A stretch of DNA of 41,294 bases, taken from Myxococcales bacterium (GTDB lineage Bacteria; Myxococcota_A; UBA9042; JABWCM01; BTVJ01). Position numbers and translations under genes: made by a program. The notes beneath the pieces were generated by a model that saw only the letters and a program-made list of their open reading frames with translations, was not told the DNA's origin and did no database searches. Positions 8,578-18,894 of the stretch are shown here, in pieces (within the stretch, counting starts at the first letter, position 1; every line of letters begins with the position of its first letter). The DNA is taken from assembly GCA_045863395.1 (NCBI GenBank), contig BTVJ01000064.1:1-41294 (forward strand). Direction: 5' to 3'.

Positions 8578-10152
8578 CTACCTCAGCCCCAGCTCCTTCA
8601 GGCGGAAGAGGAGGCCGCGCTTCGAGACGCGGAGGGCCCCTGCCAGCGCATCGACGTCCTCGCCGTGGGTGCGGCGCGCGGCCAGCACCTCGTCGAGGGT
8701 CACGTCGCTCGCCTTGCGGACTCGGGTGCTGCGCTCGATGAGGGCGTAGAGGGACGTGCGCGACACGTTGAGGGCCCGCGCCGCGGCGCCGACCTTCCAG
8801 GCGTTCTTCTCCAGCGCGCCGATCAGCTCGTCCTCGGTGACCGTGTTGGGGTCGCGCCACGCGGTGTCCGGCTGCTCCGCAGGGACCGGCGCCTCCGCCT
8901 GGGGCTGCGTGAGCTGCCGCTCGACCGCAGGGTCGAGCCACGCCACGTCCGAGCCACGGCTGGTGATGACGATCTGGCGGACCACGTTCTTGAGCTCGCG
9001 CACGTTGCCGGGCCAGCCGTAGCAGAGGAGCAGCGCGACCACCCGCGCCGGCAGCCACGGGGCCTGGTCTCGCGGCTCCAGGCGCCACGCCTCGCCGGTC
9101 GCCTGGAGCTCGGCGCGCAGGAAGTAGGCCACGAGCCTGCCCACGTCGTCCCGGCGCTCCCGCAGCGGCGGCAGCGAGATCACGTAGCCGCTGAGCCTGT
9201 GCAGCAGGGCCGAGCGGAAGGTCCGCTCCGCGCACGCCTGCTCCAGGTCGGTGTCCGTCGCCGCCAGCAGGCGCACGTTGACCCGTCGGGTCACCGGAGA
9301 CCCGACGGGCTGGAGCTCCCCGGTCTCCAGCACGCGCAGCAGCATGGCCTGCACGTCCATCGGCGCCTCTCCGATCTCGTCGAGGAACAGCGTGCCGCCG
9401 TCCATGCGCTGGAAGTGCCCGGCGTGATCCTTCACGGCGCCGGTGAAGGCTCCCCGCGCGTGCCCGAACAGGTCCGACGCGGCCGTCGTCGCCGGGATGG
9501 CCCCCATGTTGACCGCGAGCCACGGCCGCCCCCGCCTGGGGCTCGTGGCGTGGATGGCGCGCGCCACCAGCTCCTTCCCGGTGCCCGTCTCGCCACGGAT
9601 CAGGATCGGGATCTCCAGATCGGCCACCTGCCGGATCTGGGCGCGCACCTGCTCGACGCGCGGGCTCGATCCGACGATGCCCAGGTCGTCCCCCGGCCGC
9701 GCCGGAGGCCCCAGCCAGTGCAGCAGCACGACCACCCGGGCCGCCACCTCGATGATCACGCCGCGGTCCAGGTCGGCGGCCGAGATCTCACGCGGGCTCG
9801 TCAGCGGCTGTCCGTCCACGACGGTGACCGCCCCCGAGGGTACGAGGCGGACGGCCCCCCCCGCCGGCTCGATGAGAAGCGGCTGGCGGCTGACGTAGGG
9901 GTCGTCGATGGCGCGAGCAGAGCCACCTGCCGGCAGCGTGAACGGTGGCTCCATGCGGGACAGGCGGGCCGCCCGCCCGGCGACGAGCGTCGTGAGCCGC
10001 GCCTGCTCGCCGACGCGGCTCACGTCCGGGTGCCAGGCGATGGTCAGGCCCGGCACCCGGGTGCTCAAGCGCCCGGTCTGGCCGGGCTGCAGCGTATCCT
10101 GGGAGCCCCGCAGGGTAGTCGCCTGGATGTTGTTTCGGGCCATGGGCGGCAT
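8578..10152 (-). CDS. Sigma54-dependent transcriptional activator with FHA-like N-terminus
   Basis: GETGTGKE, GAFTGA, LFLDEIG and WPGNVRELKN motifs; C-terminal HTH; N-terminal IDDPYVSR is FHA-like. Confidence 0.93.
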   Translation of the reverse strand: MPPMARNNIQATTLRGSQDTLQPGQTGRLSTRVPGLTIAWHPDVSRVGEQARLTTLVAGRAARLSRMEPPFTLPAGGSARAIDDPYVSRQPLLIEPAGGAVRLVPSGAVTVVDGQPLTSPREISAADLDRGVIIEVAARVVVLLHWLGPPARPGDDLGIVGSSPRVEQVRAQIRQVADLEIPILIRGETGTGKELVARAIHATSPRRGRPWLAVNMGAIPATTAASDLFGHARGAFTGAVKDHAGHFQRMDGGTLFLDEIGEAPMDVQAMLLRVLETGELQPVGSPVTRRVNVRLLAATDTDLEQACAERTFRSALLHRLSGYVISLPPLRERRDDVGRLVAYFLRAELQATGEAWRLEPRDQAPWLPARVVALLLCYGWPGNVRELKNVVRQIVITSRGSDVAWLDPAVERQLTQPQAEAPVPAEQPDTAWRDPNTVTEDELIGALEKNAWKVGAAARALNVSRTSLYALIERSTRVRKASDVTLDEVLAARRTHGEDVDALAGALRVSKRGLLFRLKELGLR

Positions 10153-10154
10153 CC

Positions 10155-12077
10155 TCAGGGCAACGAGCCCGACGACTCTACCCTACCCGTGAGGTGCCGC
10201 TCCAGCCACCCGAGACACTCCTGGTACCACCGGCGGGCGTTGGCGGGCTTCTGGATCCAGTGCCCCTCCTCGGGGAACAGCACGAGGCGGCTCGGCACCC
10301 CCCGCTGCTGCAGCGCCGTGAACGCGGCGATGCCCTCCAGGACCGGCACCCGGAAGTCCTGCTCACCGTGCAGCACGAGCATGGGCGTCGACCACCGCTC
10401 GACCGTGCGGCTCGGGGACAGCTCGTCGTACAGCGAGGACGCCTCCGGGGGGCTGCCCCCGAACTCCCACGCAGGGAACCACAGCTCCTCGGTCCCCCAG
10501 TAGAGATTGCGCAGCTCGAAGATGCCCGCGTGGCAGATCAGCGCCCGGAAGCGATCACTGTGCCCTTGGAGCCAGCACATCATGTAGCCGCCGAAGCTCC
10601 CGCCCGCCGCCGCCAGGCGCTCGCCGTCCAGCTCGGGGTGCTCCCGCAGGGCGTGGTCGATGCCCGCCATGAGGTCCGCGACCACCCGCCCGCCCCAGTC
10701 ACCGCGGATCTGGTCCGTGAACGCCTGCCCGTAACCCGTGCTGCCGCGCGGGTTGACCAGCAGGACCGCCACGCCCGCCCCCGCAAAGACCTGGGGGTTC
10801 CACCGCATGTGGAAGTGCGCCATGAACGCAGACTGGGGCCCACCGTGGACCAGCACGAGCAGGGGCACACGCTCCCGCTCCCCGGGCGGCAGCACGAGGA
10901 AGCCGTGCACGCGGTCGCCGTCGGCCCCCTCCCACCACAGGTCCTCGCCCGCGTGCCACTCCACGTCGGCGAGCTGCGGATTGAGCACGGTCAGCCGGGT
11001 CAGCGCGCCGGTGTCAGCCGCCAGGCGCCACAGGTCTGCCGGCGCGTCCAGGGACTCCAGAGAGACGACGAGGTCACCGCCCGGCAGCTCGTCCACGAGC
11101 TGGGCGTAGCGGCCCTGGAGCACGGGCCCCACGACTCCGTCCAGAGAGACGCGCCAGATGGAGTGACGGCCCCAATCCTGGCCGTCGAACAAGATTGAAT
11201 CCCCCGAGCGGGCCCACTGGAAGCGCCTGATCGGGCGATCCAGGGTCGCGGTCAGGCACCGCACGGAGTCGGTCTTCGTATCGAGGACGAAGAGGTTCCG
11301 CGCATCGGACTCATATCCCGGACGGCTCATGCCGAGCCACGCCAGATACCGCCCGTCCGGAGACCACCGCGGATCCACCTCGCACGCCTCGCTGGTGGTG
11401 ACTCTCGACGGCTCCGATGCAGGCGCGACCCGCCACACCGTGTTGTTGGTGCCCAGCGCCGGCTGGGGGTCCGGGTTCCAGACCAGCGCCACCTCGTCGG
11501 ACCCGGGGCGCGCGTCGAAGTCTCGCTCGCCTTCCAGGGCGATGGGTGGGCAATCCGCGTCCGTGTCACTGAGGACCACGGTGTGACCCGACGCCAGGTC
11601 CGCACGAAACACCACGTTGCGGTGGTGATCCCGCCACTCGTTCCAGTGGCGGAACAGCAGGCGCTCCGCCGTCCTCACCCCTTTGGGTGGGTCCGCTGGG
11701 GTCGTCGTGCTCGCGTACAGGAGCGAGCCGTCGGCCCAGGCAAAGGCGCTGACCCCATCCTTGACCGCCGTGAGCACCACGGGGTCCCCTCCGGCGGACG
11801 GGAGCGCCCAGACCTGGGTGCTCCCCGCGCGGTTGGACAGGAAGCCGAGGGTCCCGTCCGGCGAGAAGCGCGGCGAGGTGTTGGACGTGCCCGTCCGCGT
11901 GAGCTGGGCGAGGGGCCCGCCGTCCGTCGCCACCCGATACAAGTGGGTCGTGACGGTGTTTGCCTCGGGATCATGGCGCGCCACCGCGCACACGACGAAG
12001 CGACCGTCCGGGGACGCCGCCGCCGGACCGAGGCGTCTGACCGCGAGAAGATCGTCTACTGAAAAGCACCTCTTCAC
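10155..12077 (-). CDS. S9 prolyl oligopeptidase family peptidase (dipeptidyl/acylaminoacyl peptidase)
   Basis: TolB/PD40-like propeller repeats, HGGP, GGSFGG nucleophile elbow, DFRV and EGH catalytic residues. Confidence 0.93.
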   Translation of the reverse strand: MKRCFSVDDLLAVRRLGPAAASPDGRFVVCAVARHDPEANTVTTHLYRVATDGGPLAQLTRTGTSNTSPRFSPDGTLGFLSNRAGSTQVWALPSAGGDPVVLTAVKDGVSAFAWADGSLLYASTTTPADPPKGVRTAERLLFRHWNEWRDHHRNVVFRADLASGHTVVLSDTDADCPPIALEGERDFDARPGSDEVALVWNPDPQPALGTNNTVWRVAPASEPSRVTTSEACEVDPRWSPDGRYLAWLGMSRPGYESDARNLFVLDTKTDSVRCLTATLDRPIRRFQWARSGDSILFDGQDWGRHSIWRVSLDGVVGPVLQGRYAQLVDELPGGDLVVSLESLDAPADLWRLAADTGALTRLTVLNPQLADVEWHAGEDLWWEGADGDRVHGFLVLPPGERERVPLLVLVHGGPQSAFMAHFHMRWNPQVFAGAGVAVLLVNPRGSTGYGQAFTDQIRGDWGGRVVADLMAGIDHALREHPELDGERLAAAGGSFGGYMMCWLQGHSDRFRALICHAGIFELRNLYWGTEELWFPAWEFGGSPPEASSLYDELSPSRTVERWSTPMLVLHGEQDFRVPVLEGIAAFTALQQRGVPSRLVLFPEEGHWIQKPANARRWYQECLGWLERHLTGRVESSGSLP

Positions 12078-13651
12078 GGTCGCCCCTTCGATTCGAGCGG
12101 AACCCGCTCGGTCAGTCCCCGCCGCACCGAAGCCGACCGCACGACGAACCAGGCCGTGGCGACCAACGTCACGGCCAGGCTGAAGACGACGGTCTCCAGA
12201 TCGAGGGTCACCACCTTACCCGCCAGGGACCCGCCCAGGCTGATGGACGAGCCCCCAAGGCCGTAGAGTGGGCTGACCGAGGCGATCCACTGCGCCAACT
12301 TCGGGTCGTTGGTCGCCCCAGCGGCGATGGCGGTCAGGATCCACGGGAGCACGAAGGCCAGGAAGGCCGTCAGCAGGAGGCCCGAGCGGTAGGAGCCGCG
12401 CATCGTGAGCCGCATCGACTCGATGGCGCTGCCCACGAAGGCCACCACCGCCGCGGCGCAGGCGAGCGCGAGGGCCGCGTGTCCGTCGTAGAGCCGCTCC
12501 ATGGGCACGCGGCGCCCGACCACCACCGAGACCAACAGCCACCCGCCGACGATCAGCCCCGCGAAGGCCAGGATCACCGGCAGCGCTGTGGCGCCGTCCT
12601 CCAGCCATCCAGGGGCGGCCTTCCCAGCGCGCCGGGCGCGGCGGGTGGTGCGGACCAGGTCCATGTAGCCGGGCGCGAGGCTCGCCATGAGGATCGACGC
12701 CAGGAAGGCAGCCGCCCAGAGATAGGCGACGACCGCCACCCCGGCCATGTCCTCCCCGCCCATGTTCGACCACTGCCCCGTCCCGAGCGCGGTCCACGAG
12801 CCACCGATGAGCAGCACGGTCACGATGGTGAAGAACAAGAAGGCCCCGGGCCGCGAGAACGCCGGAGTCTCGTCTCGCCGCAGCTTGCGCGCGCTCGCCC
12901 ACAGCAGGAACCCGATGGCGATGCCTTGGACCACCAGCGTCCAGGCGATGGGGTGGAGCGGGAAGCCGTAGAAGTCCACGGTGCCGCCGATGGTCAGGTC
13001 GAAGATTGGCCCGGCGGCCAGCGACGCCATCGCGGGGATGGGCGTCAGGTAGGACAGGGTCACGAAGCCCGCGGCGTGCAGCGGCACCGCCCCGAAGAGC
13101 AGGAACATCGCCACGACCATGACAGAGCCGGAGACGCTCCGGCGCCCGCCCCCCGACAGGGCCATGGTCAGGGCCATGGACTGGAGCACGACGCCGCCCA
13201 GCGCGATGAGCGCGACCTGGACGATCACGGTCAGCGGGTTTCCTCCGCCGAGCACGGACGCAATCAACGTGAAGGGCAGCAGCGCCGCCACGACCAGATA
13301 CTCTCGCGCCACCGGCCCGATCAGGTAGCCGATAGCGTCCGTCCACGGCGTCGTCGGCGTCGCCCGGTGAAAGTCGAGGATGCCGCTCGCGCGCTCGTCG
13401 ACCATGGTGCCGGCCACCTGCACGGTGCCGCGAAGCAGCAGCACGGCGCCCATGGTGAACAGCCCCACGTTGGTCACGACCAGCCAGGCCTCGCTGTACT
13501 TTGCAACGCCGCCAGCGAGCAGGCCGCACAGCCCCAGCACCACGGCGATGGCCAGCGTGGGGAGCGCCTGTTTGCCGCGCAGCCGCCGGCGGGCCTGTGC
13601 AACGAGAATCGGGTTGTCTCGCAGCCGCAGCCGCGGCTCACTTCCGGTCAC
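12074..13651 (-). CDS. ABC-2-type permease-like membrane protein
   Basis: NPILV N-terminus, ERASGILDF motif and many TM helices; 4-nt overlap with the ABC ATPase gene. Confidence 0.75.
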   Translation of the reverse strand: MTGSEPRLRLRDNPILVAQARRRLRGKQALPTLAIAVVLGLCGLLAGGVAKYSEAWLVVTNVGLFTMGAVLLLRGTVQVAGTMVDERASGILDFHRATPTTPWTDAIGYLIGPVAREYLVVAALLPFTLIASVLGGGNPLTVIVQVALIALGGVVLQSMALTMALSGGGRRSVSGSVMVVAMFLLFGAVPLHAAGFVTLSYLTPIPAMASLAAGPIFDLTIGGTVDFYGFPLHPIAWTLVVQGIAIGFLLWASARKLRRDETPAFSRPGAFLFFTIVTVLLIGGSWTALGTGQWSNMGGEDMAGVAVVAYLWAAAFLASILMASLAPGYMDLVRTTRRARRAGKAAPGWLEDGATALPVILAFAGLIVGGWLLVSVVVGRRVPMERLYDGHAALALACAAAVVAFVGSAIESMRLTMRGSYRSGLLLTAFLAFVLPWILTAIAAGATNDPKLAQWIASVSPLYGLGGSSISLGGSLAGKVVTLDLETVVFSLAVTLVATAWFVVRSASVRRGLTERVPLESKGRP

Positions 13652-14583
13652 GAGACCCTCCCGGCGCTGACGGACAGGAAGATGTCCTGCAGGTTGCCCT
13701 CCCGCTCGTGGAAGTCGACGAGGGGATACCCCTGGGAGACCAGATCCCGGAGCAGCGTCGCGACCCCGTCCAGGTCCCCCTCGAAGTCGAAGGTCACCCG
13801 CTCACCGTCCGCCGCGACGGACTGAATCCCTGCGCGGGCAGCCAGCCATGCGCCGATTCCGTCGTCCGGTCTCAGGAGCTTGAGCGCCATGGATCGCGCG
13901 GGCCGCATCTGCCGCAGGATGTCCTGGATGCGGCCCGTCACCACCATGCGCCCCTGCTCCATGATACCGACGCTGTTGCAGAAGTCGGCCATCTCGGACA
14001 GGATGTGGCTGGAGACGAGCACCGCCTTGCCCCGCTTGCCCAAACCCACGATCACGTCGCGGAGGTCCATGCGCGCCCGGGGGTCAAGACCAGACGCCGG
14101 CTCGTCCAGCAGCAGCACGTCCGGGTCATGGAGCAGGGTCTTCGCGAGGAAGAGTCTCTGCTTCATACCACGGCTGAGCGACCCTGCTGGTGATTTTGCC
14201 TTCTCGGTCAACTGCACGCTGTCGAGCAGCTCGTCGATTCGTGGCCCACGAGACTCGCGTGGAATCCCGTAGGCCGACGCGAACAGATCGAGAAACTCCC
14301 AGACCGTCAGATCCTCGTAGACGGGCGGAAAATCCGGCATGAGCCCGATGCGGGGGAGCGCCGCCAGCGGTGAGTCGATCACGTTGACTCCGCCGACGCG
14401 CACGACCCCATAGGTCGGCTCCAGGAGCGTCGATATCACTCGGATGATCGACGTCTTGCCGGCGCCGTTCGGCCCGATGAGCCCGTAGACCATGCCGGCC
14501 TCGACCGTGAACGAGACGTCGTCCACCGCCGTGACGTCCTCGTAGTCGACGCGCAGCTCCTCGATGGCCAGCAGTGCGGTCAT
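13648..14583 (-). CDS. ABC transporter ATP-binding protein
   Basis: GPNGAGKT, LSRGMKQR, LLLDEP and SSH motifs. Confidence 0.95.
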   Translation of the reverse strand: MTALLAIEELRVDYEDVTAVDDVSFTVEAGMVYGLIGPNGAGKTSIIRVISTLLEPTYGVVRVGGVNVIDSPLAALPRIGLMPDFPPVYEDLTVWEFLDLFASAYGIPRESRGPRIDELLDSVQLTEKAKSPAGSLSRGMKQRLFLAKTLLHDPDVLLLDEPASGLDPRARMDLRDVIVGLGKRGKAVLVSSHILSEMADFCNSVGIMEQGRMVVTGRIQDILRQMRPARSMALKLLRPDDGIGAWLAARAGIQSVAADGERVTFDFEGDLDGVATLLRDLVSQGYPLVDFHEREGNLQDIFLSVSAGRVS

Positions 14584-14602
14584 TGCGCCTCCCTCGCGAG
14601 CC

Positions 14603-16396
14603 TCACGCGTACAGCCGCGCGATGGCGTCCCCGTGCTTCTCGTTGACGACCTTCCGCTTGACCTTGAGCGTAGGGGTCAGCTCCCCACCGTCCACGCTGA
14701 AGTCCGAGGACAGGATCTCGAAGCGCTTGACCGTCTCGTAGCGGGCGAGGCCCTCGTTGACGCGCTCGATGCCCCTCTCCAGGTGCGCCCTCACCTTGGG
14801 GTGCGCCGCGAGGGCGGCGAGGTCCGAGGGCAACCCGTTGGCCGAGGCGAACACGGCCGCAGCCTCCGGGTCCAGGGTCAGCAGCGCCACCAGATAAGGG
14901 CGGCTGTCGCCGATGACCACCGCCTGGGACACGAGGTCGAGGTCCTTGAGGCGCGCCTCGATGTTCTGCGGTGCGACGTTCTTGCCGCCCGCCGTGATGA
15001 TCAGGTCCTTCTTGCGGTCGGTGATGCGCAGGTGCCCGGTCTCCGTCAGCTCACCCACGTCCCCCGAGTGGAGCCACCCGTCGGACAACGCCTCCGCCGT
15101 CGCCTCCGGCGCCTTGAAGTAGCCCATGAACACGTTGTCGCCGCGCACCAGGATCTCTCCGTCGGGCGCGATCAGGACGTCCACGCCCGGCAGCGCCTGC
15201 CCCACCGTGCCGAACTTCACCGCGCCGGGCTGGTTGAAGCTCGTGGGCCCCGACCCCTCGGACTGACCATAGACCTCGTAGATGAGCAGGTCGAGGGACA
15301 GGAAGAAGTCGAGCACGTCACGAGAGATGGGGGCCGCTCCCGTCACGAGCAGGCGCCCCCGGTCGAGGCCGATGGCCGCCTTGACCTTGGAGAGCACCAG
15401 CCGGTCAGCCACCGCATAGCGCAGCGCCAGGAGCCCCGTGGGCTCCTCGCCACGCTTGCGCAGCTCGCCCACCTGCCGCGCCGTGGACCGGGCGAAGTCC
15501 ACGAGCTTCGCCTTGAACCCCGTCGCCAGAGCCAGCTTCCCCTGGAGCGCGGCGGCGAACTTCTCCCACACCCGCGGCACCGCCAGGAAGATGGTGGGGC
15601 GCGCCTCGGGGAGGTTGTCCTTCAGCTTGTCGAGCCCCTCAGCAAACCAGATGGGGTAGCCGCCGGTGATCGGCAGGTGGATGGAGAACATCTGCTCCGC
15701 GATGTGGGACAGGGGCAGATAGGACAGGGAGCAGTCGTCGGGAGAGACCGCCTCGCCCCCTCGGGTCATCATGTCGATGGCCGACCGCGCCGTCCACGCC
15801 AGGTTCTTGTGGGACAGCATGGCGCCTTTGGGCGGCCCCGTCGTCCCCGACGTGTAGATCAGCGTCGCCAGCTCCGCCTCGCGGATGGCGCTCATGCGCA
15901 CCGCGTGGTCCTCCTCGGCGCCCGCCCCCTCGGCCAGGAACGCCTCCCACGAGACCGCCTTCGGGTGGTCCACCTCGTCGCCCTCGTCGAGCAGCACCAC
16001 CTTGCGGAGCTGCGGCAGCGAGTCCAGGCGGGAGTGGACCTTCTCCCACTGGACGCGGTTCTCGACGACGCAGACGGGCGCCTCCGCGTGCTCGACGATG
16101 TAGGCGACCTGCTCCGGCGTGCAGGTCTGGTAGATGCCCGCCGGGACGCAGCCCACGGCCATGGCGCCCACGTCCGCGATCAGCCACTCGGGGCGGTTGT
16201 TGGCGAGGACGGTCACCGCCGCCCCGTGGGGGACGCCGTTGGCGATCAGCGCGCACCCGAAGCGGCGCACGTCGTCGGCGTACTCCTTCCAACTGATGGG
16301 GTGCCAGTGCCCGTGCTCCTTCTGGTAGAGCGCCGGGTGGCTCGGCATGCGCGCGGCGTTTGCGAAGAAGCGGTCGACGATGGTGTCGCGTGCCAT
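14603..16396 (-). CDS. fadD: Long-chain fatty acid-CoA ligase (AMP-dependent synthetase)
   Basis: YTSGTTGPPKG, YGQSE, GWLHSGDVG, ITDRKKDLII and ELTPTLKVKR motifs. ATG 16396 follows GGAGG. Confidence 0.9.
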   Translation of the reverse strand: MARDTIVDRFFANAARMPSHPALYQKEHGHWHPISWKEYADDVRRFGCALIANGVPHGAAVTVLANNRPEWLIADVGAMAVGCVPAGIYQTCTPEQVAYIVEHAEAPVCVVENRVQWEKVHSRLDSLPQLRKVVLLDEGDEVDHPKAVSWEAFLAEGAGAEEDHAVRMSAIREAELATLIYTSGTTGPPKGAMLSHKNLAWTARSAIDMMTRGGEAVSPDDCSLSYLPLSHIAEQMFSIHLPITGGYPIWFAEGLDKLKDNLPEARPTIFLAVPRVWEKFAAALQGKLALATGFKAKLVDFARSTARQVGELRKRGEEPTGLLALRYAVADRLVLSKVKAAIGLDRGRLLVTGAAPISRDVLDFFLSLDLLIYEVYGQSEGSGPTSFNQPGAVKFGTVGQALPGVDVLIAPDGEILVRGDNVFMGYFKAPEATAEALSDGWLHSGDVGELTETGHLRITDRKKDLIITAGGKNVAPQNIEARLKDLDLVSQAVVIGDSRPYLVALLTLDPEAAAVFASANGLPSDLAALAAHPKVRAHLERGIERVNEGLARYETVKRFEILSSDFSVDGGELTPTLKVKRKVVNEKHGDAIARLYA

Positions 16397-16463
16397 GGCT
16401 GCCTCCTGGGTGGGCGTCCGAGGATCGCCCACCGGCGGGCCCTTGGCAAGCGCAATCGCGCCT

Positions 16464-17711
16464 CTAACGAGGAGTGAGCGTCCCCTCGAGGTGGTCCGCC
16501 AGCGCCCGCGCGATGCCGGGCTTGCCGACCATGCGCGTCGGCGCCCCGCCCGTCGCCAGCCAGGCCACCTGCTCCCCCGCCGGGCCCACCTCCTCGCCCC
16601 GGTTGGCGACCACCGCGTCGTAGCCCTCCGCGAGGCGACCCGCCGCGATGCCCATGAGGGCCGCGTGGTCCAGGCCCTCCTCGTACTTGAAGGTGACCAT
16701 GTAGAGCGAGGGGTGGCGCTCGCGGACGACCTTGATGACCTTCTCGGTGGGCACCAGCTCCAAGGACGTCAGCGCCCCACCGCTCGGGATCTTGCCCGCG
16801 GCGACGACCTTGGGCCGGTAGTCCGCCACGGCCGCGGTGAAGATGCCCGCCGCGTAGCCCCCAGCGAGGGCACCGAGCACCCGCTCGACGTACTCGTCAT
16901 AGGTCTGCGCCACGACGTGGGGGAGCCAGGCAGGCGGCGTGAACGTGGCCGCGCCGTGGACAAGGAAGGCGTCCGCGCCGCGCAGATGCAGCTCCCGCGC
17001 GATCTCCGCCCCCAGCCTGCCCTCGAACTTGTTCGTGAGACGGCGGATGCCGTCGATGGGCACGGGCGTCGGGCCCCCGGTGACCAGCACGCGGACGCCG
17101 CGCAGCGGAGAGCGGCTCGTCGCGCGGCACGTGGCGGCCACCAGGACCTCGTCGTCGGGGATCTTGTCCTTGCCGTCCTCCTGCCGCGGCGGAATGAGGG
17201 TCACACCCAGAGACCGCAGGCTCGCGAGGGACTCCCGCAAGATGGCGTTGTGCATCGTGCCGTGCATGGCCGGCGCCAGCAGCACGGCGGCCTGCCCCCG
17301 CTCGACGCGCCCCAGCGCCGAGGCGAGGGTGGTCGTCACCACCGTGTCCGCGATGCCGTGGCGCAGCTTGTTGACGGTGTTGTACGTCGCCTGCGGCGCC
17401 AGGTAGGCGTCGAACCGGGCGGTATCGGAGAGGTGCTCCGCCGTGGGCCCGAGCCGCGTCACCACGGGGTTCGTCGTGGCCCAGGCGAGGGCGTCTTCGG
17501 TGGTGTAGCGCAGCGCCTCGGGGGTCGCGTAGGCGACGACGTCGGCCCCCTCCCGGCGCAGCGCACGCGCCACGAAGGGCCCCCTCATGGCCGCGATGCC
17601 CCCACACAGCATCAAGGCGACGCGCTTCCCGGCGAGGTGCCCCCCCTCGACCGCGACCTCCCGGTCGTGCAGCAACGAGTCGGGCGGGGCGGACAGATCC
17701 CAGTCGCTCAT
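16464..17711 (-). CDS. coaBC: Bifunctional phosphopantothenoylcysteine decarboxylase/synthetase
   Basis: Flavoprotein domain (GGIAA, ATYNTVNKL, PAMH) followed by VLVTGGPT...IDGIRRLTN, AAVADY and VVAN. Confidence 0.88.
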   Translation of the reverse strand: MSDWDLSAPPDSLLHDREVAVEGGHLAGKRVALMLCGGIAAMRGPFVARALRREGADVVAYATPEALRYTTEDALAWATTNPVVTRLGPTAEHLSDTARFDAYLAPQATYNTVNKLRHGIADTVVTTTLASALGRVERGQAAVLLAPAMHGTMHNAILRESLASLRSLGVTLIPPRQEDGKDKIPDDEVLVAATCRATSRSPLRGVRVLVTGGPTPVPIDGIRRLTNKFEGRLGAEIARELHLRGADAFLVHGAATFTPPAWLPHVVAQTYDEYVERVLGALAGGYAAGIFTAAVADYRPKVVAAGKIPSGGALTSLELVPTEKVIKVVRERHPSLYMVTFKYEEGLDHAALMGIAAGRLAEGYDAVVANRGEEVGPAGEQVAWLATGGAPTRMVGKPGIARALADHLEGTLTPR

Positions 17712-17733
17712 TGGGCACCTCCGGCGCCGGACG

Positions 17734-18894
17734 CTACCCGGGCGGCCCGCCGGCTGTCAACGCGTCCAGCGCCTCCACGACCAGGGCCGGCTCGTGGTGC
17801 CCGTTGGGCCAGTGGGGCCCGAAGCGCAGCACCCCGTCGGGGATGGACACCGCGATGCCTTGGGTTGCCAGCCCCCGCAGCAGGTCCTGGACGCGCACGC
17901 CCGGTGGGGGCAGGAAGGACAGGATGCCCGAGCGGGCCCCATGATCGGGAGCGCGCAGGCTCGTGAAGCCGCGCGCCACCATCGCGGGCTCCAGCAGGTC
18001 GTGCCACCGCTGGACGTGGTCGAAGATCGCGGCGGGGCCGAGCCCCTCGATGAGCTGCGCCGCGGCGTCCAGCGCCGCCAGCCCCGCGGCGTTCTGGGCG
18101 CCCCCCTCGAAGACCGCCGCCGTGCGCTTGAGCGGGCGGTCGTACCGCAGGTGCCCGGGGCCGTCGAGCAGGAAGCGCGCCGCGTCCTCGTGGCTCAGCC
18201 ACCCCGCCAGGCGGGGGCGCAGGGTGGGGGCGCGGTGGGGCGCGACATACAGGAAGCCCGCGCCCTCGATGCCCATGAGCCACTTGTGGCTCCCGCACGC
18301 CAGGTAGTCGATGGCGCCCACATCCAGCGGGACCACCCCGAGCGCCTGGATTCCGTCGACGAAGAGCTCCGCCCCGTGGGCCTCGCACAGCGCAGAGATG
18401 TGCTCCCAGGGCATGCGCAGGCCCGTCTGGAACTGCACCGCGCTGAGCGCAACGAGGCGCACCCCCCGCCGCAGCTCCTCCTCCACACGCCCGACATCCC
18501 CCGGCGGAGCCCAGACCAGCTCGAGCCCGTTCTCAGCGGCCGCCTGCTGCCACGGCGTGATGTTCGTAGGGAACTCCCCCTCGAACAGCAGCACCCGGTC
18601 GCCGCGTCGCCACGGCAGGCACTGGGCGACGGCGATGACGCCGGACGTGGTGTTGGGCATGAAGGCGATGTCGCCCGGGGACGCGCCGATCAGCCCTGCA
18701 AGCCGTCCCCGGAGCACCTCGCGCTGGTCGCGCCACCGCAGATGCGCCATGACCCCGTGGGTCGCGTAGTCCTCGAGCACCGCCGCGACGGCCTCGATGA
18801 CCCGGACCGATGGCGGCGAGATGCCACAGTGGTTGACATACACCCGCGCCGCCAGACGCGGAAAGAGCGCGCGATCCCCAAGCATCGCGCTCAC
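17734..18894 (-). CDS. Aminotransferase class V (PLP-dependent, cysteine desulfurase/lyase-like)
   Basis: NTTSG, EFPTN, VDGIQALG and GSHKWLMG (PLP lysine). Confidence 0.9.
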   Translation of the reverse strand: MSAMLGDRALFPRLAARVYVNHCGISPPSVRVIEAVAAVLEDYATHGVMAHLRWRDQREVLRGRLAGLIGASPGDIAFMPNTTSGVIAVAQCLPWRRGDRVLLFEGEFPTNITPWQQAAAENGLELVWAPPGDVGRVEEELRRGVRLVALSAVQFQTGLRMPWEHISALCEAHGAELFVDGIQALGVVPLDVGAIDYLACGSHKWLMGIEGAGFLYVAPHRAPTLRPRLAGWLSHEDAARFLLDGPGHLRYDRPLKRTAAVFEGGAQNAAGLAALDAAAQLIEGLGPAAIFDHVQRWHDLLEPAMVARGFTSLRAPDHGARSGILSFLPPPGVRVQDLLRGLATQGIAVSIPDGVLRFGPHWPNGHHEPALVVEALDALTAGGPPG

